A DNA stretch of 64,000 nucleotides from an uncultured Methanomicrobiaceae archaeon (GTDB taxonomy: Archaea; Halobacteriota; Methanomicrobia; Methanomicrobiales; Methanoculleaceae), in assembly GCA_963826525.1 (NCBI GenBank), contig CAWGXH010000003.1:603789-667788 (forward strand), given 5' to 3'. Numbering within the stretch: position 1 is the first letter of the stretch; each line of letters opens with the position of its first letter. Made by a program: the position numbers and the translations under genes. Below, piece by piece: positions 21,187 to 30,588 of this stretch. The notes beneath the pieces were generated by a model that saw only the letters and a list, made by a program, of their open reading frames with translations, was not told where the DNA came from and did no database searches.

Positions 21187-21825
21187 TCAGGAGTGTCTGA
21201 TGGCGATATCGCTCAGGATGTTGGCGGCATCCTCGCACTTATCGGTAGCGAGCTCGAGGTTCTCGTAGATATCCTTGAGTTTGATGATGGTAATGGCATC
21301 GTCCGTCGTGAAGAGGTTCCGGATGGCTCTCCCGAGCACCCCGTCGGCGATGTTTTCGAGCCGGTTCACCTCGATGCACCGCTCTTCGATGTTCTTCGGA
21401 TCTCTGATGGTCCTGATGCCCTTGACCGCGCCCTCTATCTCGACGACGCTGACCTGGATCAGTTTCGCAAGCTCGACCATGGCGTCGTCCGTCTCTTTGA
21501 TGCAGTAACTGTGCATCTGCTGGGCGCTGCCGTCGATGTAGTCCAGAATGTCGTCGAGTGCCGATGCAAGACGGGAGATCTCCTCGGGTTCGAGCGGCGT
21601 GATGAACGTCCGGTTCAGCTGCTCGTAGATCTCGTGCGTGATATCGTCGCCCTCGTGTTCGATATCCTTCATCCGCTGGACTTTCTCTTTAACATTCGTG
21701 TAGTCCTCGACAAGCTCTACCAGGAGATCGGCCCCTTTGACCACCGTCTCCGCCTGTTTTTCCAGAAGATCGAAGAATATCCGATCCTGCGGTACAACCC
21801 ACTCCTTAATTCTCACGCTGATCAT
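21187..21825 (-). CDS. DUF47 phosphate transport regulator (PhoU-like)
   Basis: EHEGD.I, LN.TFITP, LDDILD, ENIAD, LELATDKCED; directly upstream of pit. Confidence 0.92.
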   Translation of the reverse strand: MISVRIKEWVVPQDRIFFDLLEKQAETVVKGADLLVELVEDYTNVKEKVQRMKDIEHEGDDITHEIYEQLNRTFITPLEPEEISRLASALDDILDYIDGSAQQMHSYCIKETDDAMVELAKLIQVSVVEIEGAVKGIRTIRDPKNIEERCIEVNRLENIADGVLGRAIRNLFTTDDAITIIKLKDIYENLELATDKCEDAANILSDIAIRHS

Positions 21826-21827
21826 GT

Positions 21828-21856
21828 ACTGTTTTGTTCGACCGATTAAAAACAGT
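21828..21856. promoter_or_regulatory. 8-bp inverted repeat just upstream of DUF47-pit (candidate operator)
   Basis: ACTGTTTT (21828-21835), 13-nt spacer, AAAACAGT (21849-21856). Confidence 0.35.
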
Positions 21857-21881
21857 TCGATGTTCCTGTCGGGAAGAGCGG

Positions 21882-21980
21882 TAAGAGACGGTTGAGTCAG
21901 GGCCGGAGGAGGAAGGGGATAAAAAAAAAAGATATAGAAATAAAAAAAAAAGGAAAGGTGAGTAAAAGAATAAGAGACGG
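21882..21980. repeat. Purine/A-tract segment flanked by 10-bp direct repeat TAAGAGACGG
   Basis: TAAGAGACGG at 21882-21891 and 21971-21980; A10 runs at 21921-21930 and 21942-21951. Confidence 0.7.
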
Positions 21981-22055
21981 CTCCGGTGGCCGGGTTCAGT
22001 GCACACTCGCAGTCGGAGGCAATGTCTATCACCCCGGAAGGTGTTGCAGTTCTCC

Positions 22056-22545
22056 ATGCACGGGCATGTACTCGGAGAGAAGGATCTCGAGCAGCGGGTC
22101 GTCGATTTTCTGGCGACGGAAGGAATGTGCGTCCTCGCCACCTGTTCAGAGAACGTCCCGCGGGCGTCCGCCGTCGAGTTCTTCGAAGATGGTACGACGC
22201 TCTATATCCTGACCGAGGGAGGCCGGAAGGTAGAGAACATCAGCCAAAACCCGGCGGTCTCGGTGGCGATTCACACGCAGTTCATCGGGTGGGAGAAGAT
22301 CAAGGGTATTCAGACTGACCGGCATCGCAGAGATAGGCAGGCACGGTTCGGCGATATTTCGCGCGGGCGAGGAGGCGTATCGGAGAAGAAAAGGGCAGGA
22401 CGCCCATAGCATTCCGGAGATGCTCTCCGTGATCCGGATCACGCCGCTGCGGATCGAGTTTCTTGATATGACGCGGAAAGCCGAGGGGCTCTCGCCGAAG
22501 CAGGAGATTGAGTACCCGGTGGATGCCGGCCGCGTCAGGCTCTGA
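22056..22545 (+). CDS. Pyridoxamine 5'-phosphate oxidase-like (split barrel, FMN/F420-binding) protein (frameshift ~22315)
   Basis: CVLAT...PRAS.V, G.K..NI..NP.VSV.I, KGIQ.TG.A; reconstructed to TGA at 22543. Confidence 0.75.
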
Positions 22546-22549
22546 CCAA

Positions 22550-23338
22550 TCACCCGGTCTCCGCAAGGCTCCGCCGAATCTGCCGCCGGGTCTGCCACTC
22601 CACCACGCGGCCGATCGCGTCGTAGACCGGGTTGACCGGCACGTCGACGAAGTAGCGCTTTCCGGGCTCGAGCCAGCCCATCTCGTTCCAGTAGGCGTAA
22701 TCAGCCGGAGCGTGTTTGCGGAGCTCGTCGAACGCTCCCCGCTGGGCGCGGAAGACGATGACGTCCCGAAGATGCGGCGATCGGCGCGTCTTTCGGTTCA
22801 GGGTGTCCGCGAAGGCTTTTGCAGCCTGCATGAGTTTCTGCTCGTTCTCCTGCATCTGCCGTGCGGAGATGCCCGGAGGCGTGACGATCCCGACGCGGCC
22901 GGCGACCTCGAATCCCCAGATACCGGCGACAAGACTGAGATAGTCGAGGACGTCCTTCTCCCCGAGCGCACCGGTGGTCACGAGGAGGAGCGCTTTTTTG
23001 TCGAAGAACCGGGGGCGGTGGAAGATGTAACTCAACCGGTCGATGAAGACCTTCATCAGCCCAGAGACGTTCATCCCGTAGACCGGGGAGGCGAAGATCA
23101 CGCCGTCGGCCTCGTGCATCTTCTGCTCGATCGACGGGGCATCGTCTTTGCGGGGGCAGTGCTCCTCGCCCTTCTCAAAACAGAGGAAACAGCCCAGGCA
23201 CTGCGCGAGGTCGGCGTCCTTCAGCATTAGGTACTCGAACTCGACATCCCCGAGCGACTGCATCGCCTCTCTGATCCGCTCCGCCGCCCGGTAGGTGTTG
23301 CCCTTCCGCGGACTGCCCATAACGACAAGGATCTTCAT
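22550..23338 (-). CDS. Iron-sulfur flavoprotein (Isf) / flavodoxin family
   Basis: MGSPRKGNT, CLGCFLC-x7-C, ASPVY, K.FIDR. Confidence 0.9.
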   Translation of the reverse strand: MKILVVMGSPRKGNTYRAAERIREAMQSLGDVEFEYLMLKDADLAQCLGCFLCFEKGEEHCPRKDDAPSIEQKMHEADGVIFASPVYGMNVSGLMKVFIDRLSYIFHRPRFFDKKALLLVTTGALGEKDVLDYLSLVAGIWGFEVAGRVGIVTPPGISARQMQENEQKLMQAAKAFADTLNRKTRRSPHLRDVIVFRAQRGAFDELRKHAPADYAYWNEMGWLEPGKRYFVDVPVNPVYDAIGRVVEWQTRRQIRRSLAETG

Positions 23339-23402
23339 GATGTCGTATACCGACTGCGATACTATCAATCAGTAGGCCCGGTGCGGTCGACCCCTCTCTC
23401 TG

Positions 23403-23711
23403 CTATGCCGACCGTTTCGGAAGGTTGGCACGCAGGTACGCGAAATCCTCCTCGGTTGCATCGATCTCGTAGAGCACCGTTCCATACCCCGGACAGATCT
23501 TCGTGAAGGGGAGCAGGATCTTCTGCCTTCTGATCTGCATGCCGACGAGCATCGGCGCTTTGAGCAGCATCCGGATCTCCCGAAAGACAAAGTCCGGGTA
23601 GAGTTCATACTGCTCTTTTGAGTGCTTCGCAACGTACCGGTTCACTTCGTCGGGCGTCGCGTCCGTTAAGAGCACCTTGCCGCCGAGGTTGTTGATACAC
23701 CGGGAAGGCAT
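23403..23711 (-). CDS. DUF1894 family methanogen protein
   Basis: CI..L..KVLL, LLPFTK.C..YGT pattern. Confidence 0.7.
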   Translation of the reverse strand: MPSRCINNLGGKVLLTDATPDEVNRYVAKHSKEQYELYPDFVFREIRMLLKAPMLVGMQIRRQKILLPFTKICPGYGTVLYEIDATEEDFAYLRANLPKRSA

Positions 23712-23802
23712 ATGTTCGTCTATGTACGAACCTCCTTGTATACTTACCGGAGGAACACCACAGGAAACTATACTACCCCGATTGCCCATACTTCGGAGTA
23801 GT

Positions 23803-24378
23803 ATGTATGTTGTCGCATTCAACGGAAGCCCGCGGGCCGGTGGGAACACCGAACGGCTGATCCGCCATGCCCTCGCCGTCCTCGAGGAGGAGGGGATCGA
23901 GACCGAACTTGTCCAGATCGGAGGAAAACCGGTCCACGGCTGCACGGCATGCCAGAAATGCTTCGAGAACCAGGATAAGCGCTGTATCATCGGGAAGGAC
24001 TCCGTCAACCTCTGCATCGAAAAGATGGTCGCAGCGGACGGGATCATCATCGGCTCTCCCACCTACTTCGCCGACCTCTCACCCGAGACCAAAACACTCA
24101 TCGACCGGGCAGGTTTCGTAGGGATCGCAAACGGCGGGCTGTATGCCCGAAAGGTGGGTGCGGCGGTCGTTGCCGCCCGTCGCGGCGGAGCAATCCATGC
24201 CTTCGACTCGATCAATCACTTCTTCGGCATCAGCAATATGTTCACGGTGGGCTCGTCCTACTGGAACATCGGTATCGGCCTTGAAGCCGGGGACGTCGAG
24301 GATGATGCCGAAGGAATAGCGACGATGCAGAACCTGGGGCGGAATATGGCATGGCTGCTGAAGAAGATAGCCTCGTGA
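23803..24378 (+). CDS. Iron-sulfur flavoprotein (Isf) / flavodoxin family
   Basis: FNGSPRAGGNT, CTACQKC-x7-C, GSPTYF, RRGG, GSSYWN, M.NLG.N. Confidence 0.92.
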   Translation: MYVVAFNGSPRAGGNTERLIRHALAVLEEEGIETELVQIGGKPVHGCTACQKCFENQDKRCIIGKDSVNLCIEKMVAADGIIIGSPTYFADLSPETKTLIDRAGFVGIANGGLYARKVGAAVVAARRGGAIHAFDSINHFFGISNMFTVGSSYWNIGIGLEAGDVEDDAEGIATMQNLGRNMAWLLKKIAS

Positions 24379-24466
24379 CGGCGCAGAGAGGATACGGACT
24401 TCGAAAGAACTAAGGGACAACTGCTCAACTCTGTAGAGTGGGCATGTAGGCCGGGACTGGTGGATC

Positions 24467-25354
24467 TTGAAAGAGCTCGACGATTTCCTCGAACCGTTGC
24501 ACCGGGGCGTCTGGGAGGTTGCGGTACCAAAGGAGTCGGTGAAAGAATCGCTCGGCCCGGGGTGGGAGAAGTCTGCGCTGAACCTCCCCACCCCCGGGAC
24601 GATCGCCAGTTACCGGAAAGGGCAGTATCACGTGCACGAGACGGCGACGGAATGGCGGGTGCACCTCGACCGGTACGATCCGAAGGAGCACCCCCTGCTC
24701 CACCTGGTCGACGATGCCCCGCTCGTCTTCATGATCAGCGGCACGCTCCTCGCCCTCATCATGGATACGAAGAGCGCCCTTCGCAGGGAGACCTCATCCC
24801 TTGTGGAGGAGCAGAAGGTGGCCTGGCAGCTCCTGATCGTCGCCGGGTTCTGCATGATGCTGATCGGCGTGCTGATCGGTGTAAACCCACTCTCCTCCTT
24901 CGAGAGGATTCTCATTCTCGCCGTCCGCCTGAGTGTTATCGGCCTTGCTCTGGTCGTTATCGGGAGAGGGCTGCACCATGACCCGCTCCGGGTCGTATCC
25001 AGGGGGCGGGTCCTCCTCGGCCTCGGCATCCTTGCGATCGGACTCGTCTCGTTCTCCCTCGAACTTGAGTGGGTGGCCTCGGTTTTTATCCTGATCCTGG
25101 CGCTGTGGGCCTTCGCCAGCGCCGCCGTCTCGCTGAAGCGCACCGTCAGGGGCCGCCTCGCCGTTCCGGAGGGTTTTTACAAGCGCCTCGGCATCGGCAT
25201 CGCCTCGCTCCTCTTTGCACTCTTCATCCTCGTCGCCCCGGACGCAATCGAGGAGCTGCTCGTGTACGTCGTGAGCGCAATCGGCCTGCTCTTCGGCTTT
25301 CTGCTGGTGCTCGATGGACTGAGCTTCCGAAGACGGATGAGGACGGGTGCGTGA
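24467..25354 (+). CDS. Membrane protein: His-rich soluble N-domain plus ~6-7 TM helices
   Basis: YHVHE...VHLDRYDP.EHPLLHLVDDAP followed by hydrophobic helices. Confidence 0.7.
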   Translation: MKELDDFLEPLHRGVWEVAVPKESVKESLGPGWEKSALNLPTPGTIASYRKGQYHVHETATEWRVHLDRYDPKEHPLLHLVDDAPLVFMISGTLLALIMDTKSALRRETSSLVEEQKVAWQLLIVAGFCMMLIGVLIGVNPLSSFERILILAVRLSVIGLALVVIGRGLHHDPLRVVSRGRVLLGLGILAIGLVSFSLELEWVASVFILILALWAFASAAVSLKRTVRGRLAVPEGFYKRLGIGIASLLFALFILVAPDAIEELLVYVVSAIGLLFGFLLVLDGLSFRRRMRTGA

Positions 25355-25464
25355 AGGAGCGCCTCTCCCGCGGGTGCGCATCTTCAGGTCGGCCGGGGCT
25401 CCGGCGTCCACCGTCTCAATCACCGTTCCACTTATTGTCTGGTACAGCGTACCTTTTTAATGAA

Positions 25465-28099
25465 ATGCGCGAACCGGCCGTCAAGAAAGATCTCTACTGG
25501 TGCGATACCTGCAACGTCCCCCTCATCGGGCGACGATGCGGCTGCGGAGCGGAGGGAAGGCAGATCCCTCTCCTGCAGCCCTACGATCTCCGCCCGGCAC
25601 TGAGAGCGGATGCCGACCTCATCAGGAGGCTCGTGCACGAGCGATTCGGCGCGGTTCCCCTGCCGAAGATCATCCTCCTGAACAAGACCGGGGGCACCGA
25701 TCGTGCCGACCTCGTGATCATGCACGGGGACCGGTTCGGCTGGCTTACGTTCGATCCGGTGGAGCGGAAGTTCAGTCTCGATATCGCACCCGAGGCGCTC
25801 CCCTATATCATACCCTACGCAACACGCGGCATCGTCGCTCTCGAGGAGCACCTCGACCCCGGCAGGGGAAAGATCCGTATCGGCGGCAAACGGTTTCCCT
25901 TAACGACCCCGGTGCCCGAAGGTATGGCGATCGTGACCTACCGGGGCAGACACGGTACCGGGATCGTCCGCGAGGGGCATATCAAGGTGAAAGAACTCTC
26001 GCCGGTGACCCCCCGGGAGTGCAGCGACCCTGACTGGAATATCGCTATCGAGCGGAACCGCTACCACCTCAAAAACCTCGAGCGGGCCGCCGTCCGCACC
26101 ATCCGGCAGCATATGCACGACCGGCCTACGGCGAACGTATCCTTCTCCGGCGGCAAGGACAGCGCCGCCGTCCTCCACCTCGCCCGGAAAGCCGGTGTTA
26201 CGAAGGCCTTCTTCATCGATACCGGGATAGAGCTCCCGGAGACGATCGAGTACGTCGCATCGCAGGACGTCGAGATCGTCCGGAAAGCCGGAGACTTCTA
26301 CCAGGCGGTCGAGAAGGTCGGGCCGCCCGGGAAAGATCACCGCTGGTGCTGCAAGCTCTTAAAGCTCCACCCGCTCAAGATCTACCTCGCCGAGATAGGC
26401 CCCTCCGTCACGATGCAGGGGAACCGGTGGTATGAGTCCTGGAACCGTGCCAATCTCGATGAGACGAGCCAGAACCCGGCAAACCCCCTGCAGCTCAACG
26501 TATCCCCGATACGGAGCTGGCGGGCGCTCGAGGTCTTCCTCTACCTCTGGTGGCAGAACGTTCCTATAAACCCGCTCTACGAGAAGGGCCTCGAGCGGAT
26601 TGGGTGCTTCCTCTGTCCGGCCATGCTCGAGAGCGAGTACCGAAGCGCTCCGGGTCATGCACCCCGACCTCACCCGGCGCTGGGATGAGTTCCTCGAGAA
26701 GTGGGCGGCGAAGTCAGGGATGCCCGACGCCTACTGCACGTGGGGGCTCTGGCGGTGGCGGGCGCTGCCGCCGAAGATGCGCGAACTCTGCAGAGACAGG
26801 GGTATTCCCGTCAACGAGGACTACACGCTGCGTCCCCTGCCGGAAGAGGAGCGGCGGATTCCGGTCGAAACACGGGCTCCGCCTGCCGAGCCGGTCGGGA
26901 GCGTTGAGGCCGACGTGTTCGCCGTCGATGCCGTCAGGAAGGACTTCCCGATCCTCGGGGATTTCGTCTACCTCGACTCCGCGGCGATGAGTTTCTCACC
27001 GGAACCGGTCGTAGCGGCGCACATCGAGTTCGAACACCGCTACCGGGCCAACGTCGGACGGGGCGTGCACCGGTTCACCCGGATCGCCACCCAGCGCTAC
27101 TGGCATGCCCACGAGAAGGTGGCGCGGTTCATCGGCGGCGATGCGGGCGTTACGGTCTTTACGAAGAACACGACCGAGGCGATCAACATGGTCGCGCAGG
27201 GGCTCTGCTGGAAGCCGGGAGACCGGGTGATCACCACGATCCTCGAGCACCACTCGAACCTGCTGCCGTGGCGGGCGCTTGCGCGGCAGGGCGTCGCGCT
27301 CGACGTCATCGGCATCAATGAGGACTACTCGCTCGACCTTGCCGCGCTCGAGGGAGCCATCACCGATGCGACCCGGCTCGTCGCCGTCACCCATGCCTCG
27401 AACGCCCTCGGCGTCGTCACCCCCATCGAGGAGATCGCCCGGATCTGCCGTGACCGCGGTGTTCTCCTGCTCGTCGATGCTGCGCAGTCCCTCCCGCATA
27501 TGCCCGTCGATATCGCACGGCTCGGGTGCGACTTTGTCTGCTTCTCCGGGCAGAAGATGCTCGGACCGACCGGCACCGGCGTCCTCTGGATGAGAGAGCC
27601 GATCATCGAGCCGTCCATGCTCGGCGGGGGGATGATCGAGACCGTGACAGAAGACGCCTATGTTCCGGCCGAAGGCTACGGACGCTACGAAGCCGGGACG
27701 CCGAACATTGCCGGAGGGATTGGCCTCGGGGTTGCGGTGGACTACCTTGCAGCGATCGGCATGGAGAATATCCGCCGACATGAAGAGCGCCTGACCGCAC
27801 GGCTCATCGAAGGGCTCTCCGCGATCGACGGTGTCCGGGTCTATGCACCGGAAGATCCGGCATCCCGCATCGGTGTCGTCTCCTTCACCGTCAAAGATCT
27901 CCACCCGCACGAGGTCGCGCAGCATCTCGACGAGGAGGCGGAGATCCTCGTCCGGTCCGGCCACCACTGCTGCCAGCCGCTCATGGAGTACCTCGGTCTG
28001 CCCGATGGGACGGTGCGGGCGAGTCTTGCACTCTACACCACCGAACAGGAGATCGATCTCCTCATCGCCGCCGTCGGGGATATTGCCCGGGGCGCGTAA
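25465..28099 (+). CDS. Fusion: Zn-ribbon/PAPS-reductase-like PP-loop Fe-S domain plus SufS-type cysteine desulfurase (frameshift ~26641)
   Basis: CDTC..CGC, SFSGGKDS, FIDTG.E, RWCC, RIGCFLCP; then YLDSAA, EHHSN, VDAAQ, SGQKMLGPTG, EAGTP, RSGHHC; one extra C at 26641 separates the frames. Confidence 0.85.
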
Positions 28100-28114
28100 A
28101 ATCTCCCCGGGGTT

Positions 28115-28858
28115 TTACCCCCGGCGTCCCGCTACCCGCTCTTCGTGCGTGTATACGAGCATCTCCGTCTCCCGGAGGCACCCGATGAGGCAGAGCCCCG
28201 TCTCTTCTGCTATCTCGATTGCAAGAGCACTGCTGCTTGCGGTCGATACGAGGATGGGGATATTTGCGGCGAGGCACTTTCGCACCATCTCCGAGGTTAT
28301 TCTCCCCGTCGTGACGGCGAAGGTCTCTGAAAAATCGATCCCTTTCCGGAGTCCGGAGCCGATGATCCGGTCGAGGGCGTTATGGCGATCGATATCGGCA
28401 AAACACGCGATCACGCCGCCGGAACCGGCGAGGACGACCGTTTCGAGATCGCCTGGGGGGAGAGAGCTCCGTGCGGCCTCAGCGATGACCGGGACGGAGA
28501 CGGAGAAGTCGGATTGGATCTTCGGGAGTTTCTCCGCATCGATGTAGGAGACGGCTCCCCCGCACCCGGAGAGGATGGTCTTTTTCCGCCCGGTCGTCTT
28601 GAACGGGTCTTTCGTAAGGACGCTGATACGATTCTCCTCGGTCCGGATCGATTCGATATCGCCCGGGCTTTTGATGATCTGCTCGGTATAGAGGTAGCCC
28701 GTGACGAGCTCGTCAAACTGCCCCGGGCTCGCAAGCACGGTCACGGCATGGCGGCCGTTGACGAATATCGCCACCGGTACCTCTTCGACGACCTCCTCGG
28801 CCGACTCTTCACGCGATATCCCGTCGATACGGATACAGGGGATCTTCTTTGCTGCCAT
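28115..28858 (-). CDS. fdhD: Formate dehydrogenase accessory sulfurtransferase FdhD
   Basis: EEVP..IFVNG, GYLYTE.II, LSGCG, DI.RHNALD..IG, TGRI.SEMV.K. Confidence 0.85.
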   Translation of the reverse strand: MAAKKIPCIRIDGISREESAEEVVEEVPVAIFVNGRHAVTVLASPGQFDELVTGYLYTEQIIKSPGDIESIRTEENRISVLTKDPFKTTGRKKTILSGCGGAVSYIDAEKLPKIQSDFSVSVPVIAEAARSSLPPGDLETVVLAGSGGVIACFADIDRHNALDRIIGSGLRKGIDFSETFAVTTGRITSEMVRKCLAANIPILVSTASSSALAIEIAEETGLCLIGCLRETEMLVYTHEERVAGRRG

Positions 28859-29101
28859 TCTCATTGCACGCTCCACAAAGCCGTTCCGTGAGGGTATTCC
28901 CGGCGGGCTTTTGCAAGATATAAATGTGTGTGTCGTGAACGTCGGCTCCGACGGACAGTGTCACCCGCATCGTCGTCTGCGGGTCTTCGGATCGGCACGG
29001 CCCCGGAGTCGTTCTGCCAATACAGGATGCGTTGAATGATACATATTACTACCTGGCAGCGGCCGGACAAAACAGACCTTCCGGAACCGGCAGCAGGGAT
29101 C

Positions 29102-29284
29102 CTACTTTCCTGCGGTCTTTGCTCCCGCAAGAACTATGATATTCCCTGCCGCCCCGCCGCCGAGGATGGGGATGAGCGGACTGAAATAGTCCGTTCCGGC
29201 AAGCAGGAACGTCGTGGCGACGATAGTTCCCGCCCAGATGATCGCCGTTCCGATAATCGCTGCATTCCATGCCTTCATTGACAA
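29102..29284 (-). CDS. Small two-TM membrane protein
   Basis: Two hydrophobic helices (AIIGTAIIWAGTIVA; LIPILGGGAAGNIIVL). Confidence 0.55.
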   Translation of the reverse strand: MSMKAWNAAIIGTAIIWAGTIVATTFLLAGTDYFSPLIPILGGGAAGNIIVLAGAKTAGK

Positions 29285-29420
29285 TACCCTGTACTGGAAG
29301 CGGCGGATATCCTGATATACCTTCCCGGACCGAGGCGGCCTCTATCTCGTTTTTATGCCGGAATGCCGGAGCAGCCGGAGAGGGGGAAAAGGTTTACCTT
29401 GAGCAGAGAGATTCCATTCC

Positions 29421-29975
29421 ATGGCACCACGTGATAGGCGGTGCAACCCCTATTGGCACCTGTTCCTTATGGCGGCGTTTCTCCTCACGCTTTCGGCCGT
29501 TCCGCACGCCGCGTCGGCATCCACCCCGCCACTGCTCCCGGAGCTCGGCCTCTCGGTATCGAACGACACACTCCTCACCGAAGGAGAATTGGCGATCGCC
29601 GTGACGTGGGACCGGGACGAAAGCGCCTATCTGCCTCCCGAGGCCGTTCAGGTAGCGCTTTACAGCGTCTCTGAAGAGAAACTCATCAAAACATACCGTA
29701 TTCCGGCAGACGGAACCGAAGAATCCGGTGATGCTATCCGGCACTTCAGCGGCGCGATACGCGCATCGGAACTGCCCGGAGGGGAGGTGTTCCTCACCGC
29801 ACGTGATCCGATCTCCGGCGCCGAACGGCGTACGTCGATCTTCCTCGAGGAGACAGGCGCCGAGTACGACGATCTGCAGAACCGGGGCTTCGCCGAGAGC
29901 GTTTTCGCCGGCGTTGCGCTCCTGCTCGCCTTCGGGTTGATCGTCGTCCTCAGTATTCTTGTACGGCGAGGGTGA
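29421..29975 (+). CDS. Secreted protein with C-terminal membrane anchor
   Basis: Signal-peptide-like N-terminus, C-terminal TM helix followed by RRG. Confidence 0.6.
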   Translation: MAPRDRRCNPYWHLFLMAAFLLTLSAVPHAASASTPPLLPELGLSVSNDTLLTEGELAIAVTWDRDESAYLPPEAVQVALYSVSEEKLIKTYRIPADGTEESGDAIRHFSGAIRASELPGGEVFLTARDPISGAERRTSIFLEETGAEYDDLQNRGFAESVFAGVALLLAFGLIVVLSILVRRG

Positions 29976-30121
29976 CCGGAGATGGGCCTGCCGTCCCCGT
30001 GGAGCAGAGATGCCGCCCGGATAAGAATACCGTCCGCAACCGGAGCGTTGAGGGAATCAAAGACCGCACAGCACTGTTCACGACTGCAAAAAAAGAGTTG
30101 ATCTCCGGGCTCACCATGGGA

Positions 30122-30376
30122 TCACTGTACTTTAATTGCTTCTTCGATCGACATCGCCGGTGCGACATGCGCCACGCCGTAGGAACTGAACGGTGCGGTG
30201 ATCCTCAGGATGGACTTCTCGTCGTCGGCCTCGAAGATTGCGACCGACATGTGCCTCCCGATCAGGATATACCGGTGATGCACCTTCACGTCCGACGGAA
30301 ACTGGAAATGTTTCCAGAGTTCCAAGACCCGGTGCGTATGCTCCGGCTCGAACTGATACCACAGGACAAACAGCAT
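30122..30376 (-). CDS. DUF3303/GYD-like dimeric alpha-beta barrel protein
   Basis: MLFV...; P..VKV...Y...G....IFEADD; PAM..EEA; GAGGTGG RBS. Confidence 0.7.
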   Translation of the reverse strand: MLFVLWYQFEPEHTHRVLELWKHFQFPSDVKVHHRYILIGRHMSVAIFEADDEKSILRITAPFSSYGVAHVAPAMSIEEAIKVQ

Positions 30377-30588
30377 TGTTCCACCTCGCCCCTTTCCCTG
30401 CCGCATGGCATATATACCTTGCCCATGCATGGTATCCGTGCGATTCCGCCAGAGGCCATCATCTCGTCTCCGGGTGCCGAAGAGGAAAAGAAGACTTCCT
30501 GCCGGAGTTCTGCACTTCCGGCCGGTTCCGGAAGAGCGATCAAGTTATGTGCAGGACAAGCCGGATGGTACCGGGCTGAAGAAGTTGT

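Noticed and set aside
25465-28099. Complete Dnd/Ssp DNA phosphorothioation defence system
   Set aside because: No DndB/D/E, SspB/C/E or restriction components are recognisable in the window; only the chemistry analogy is retained
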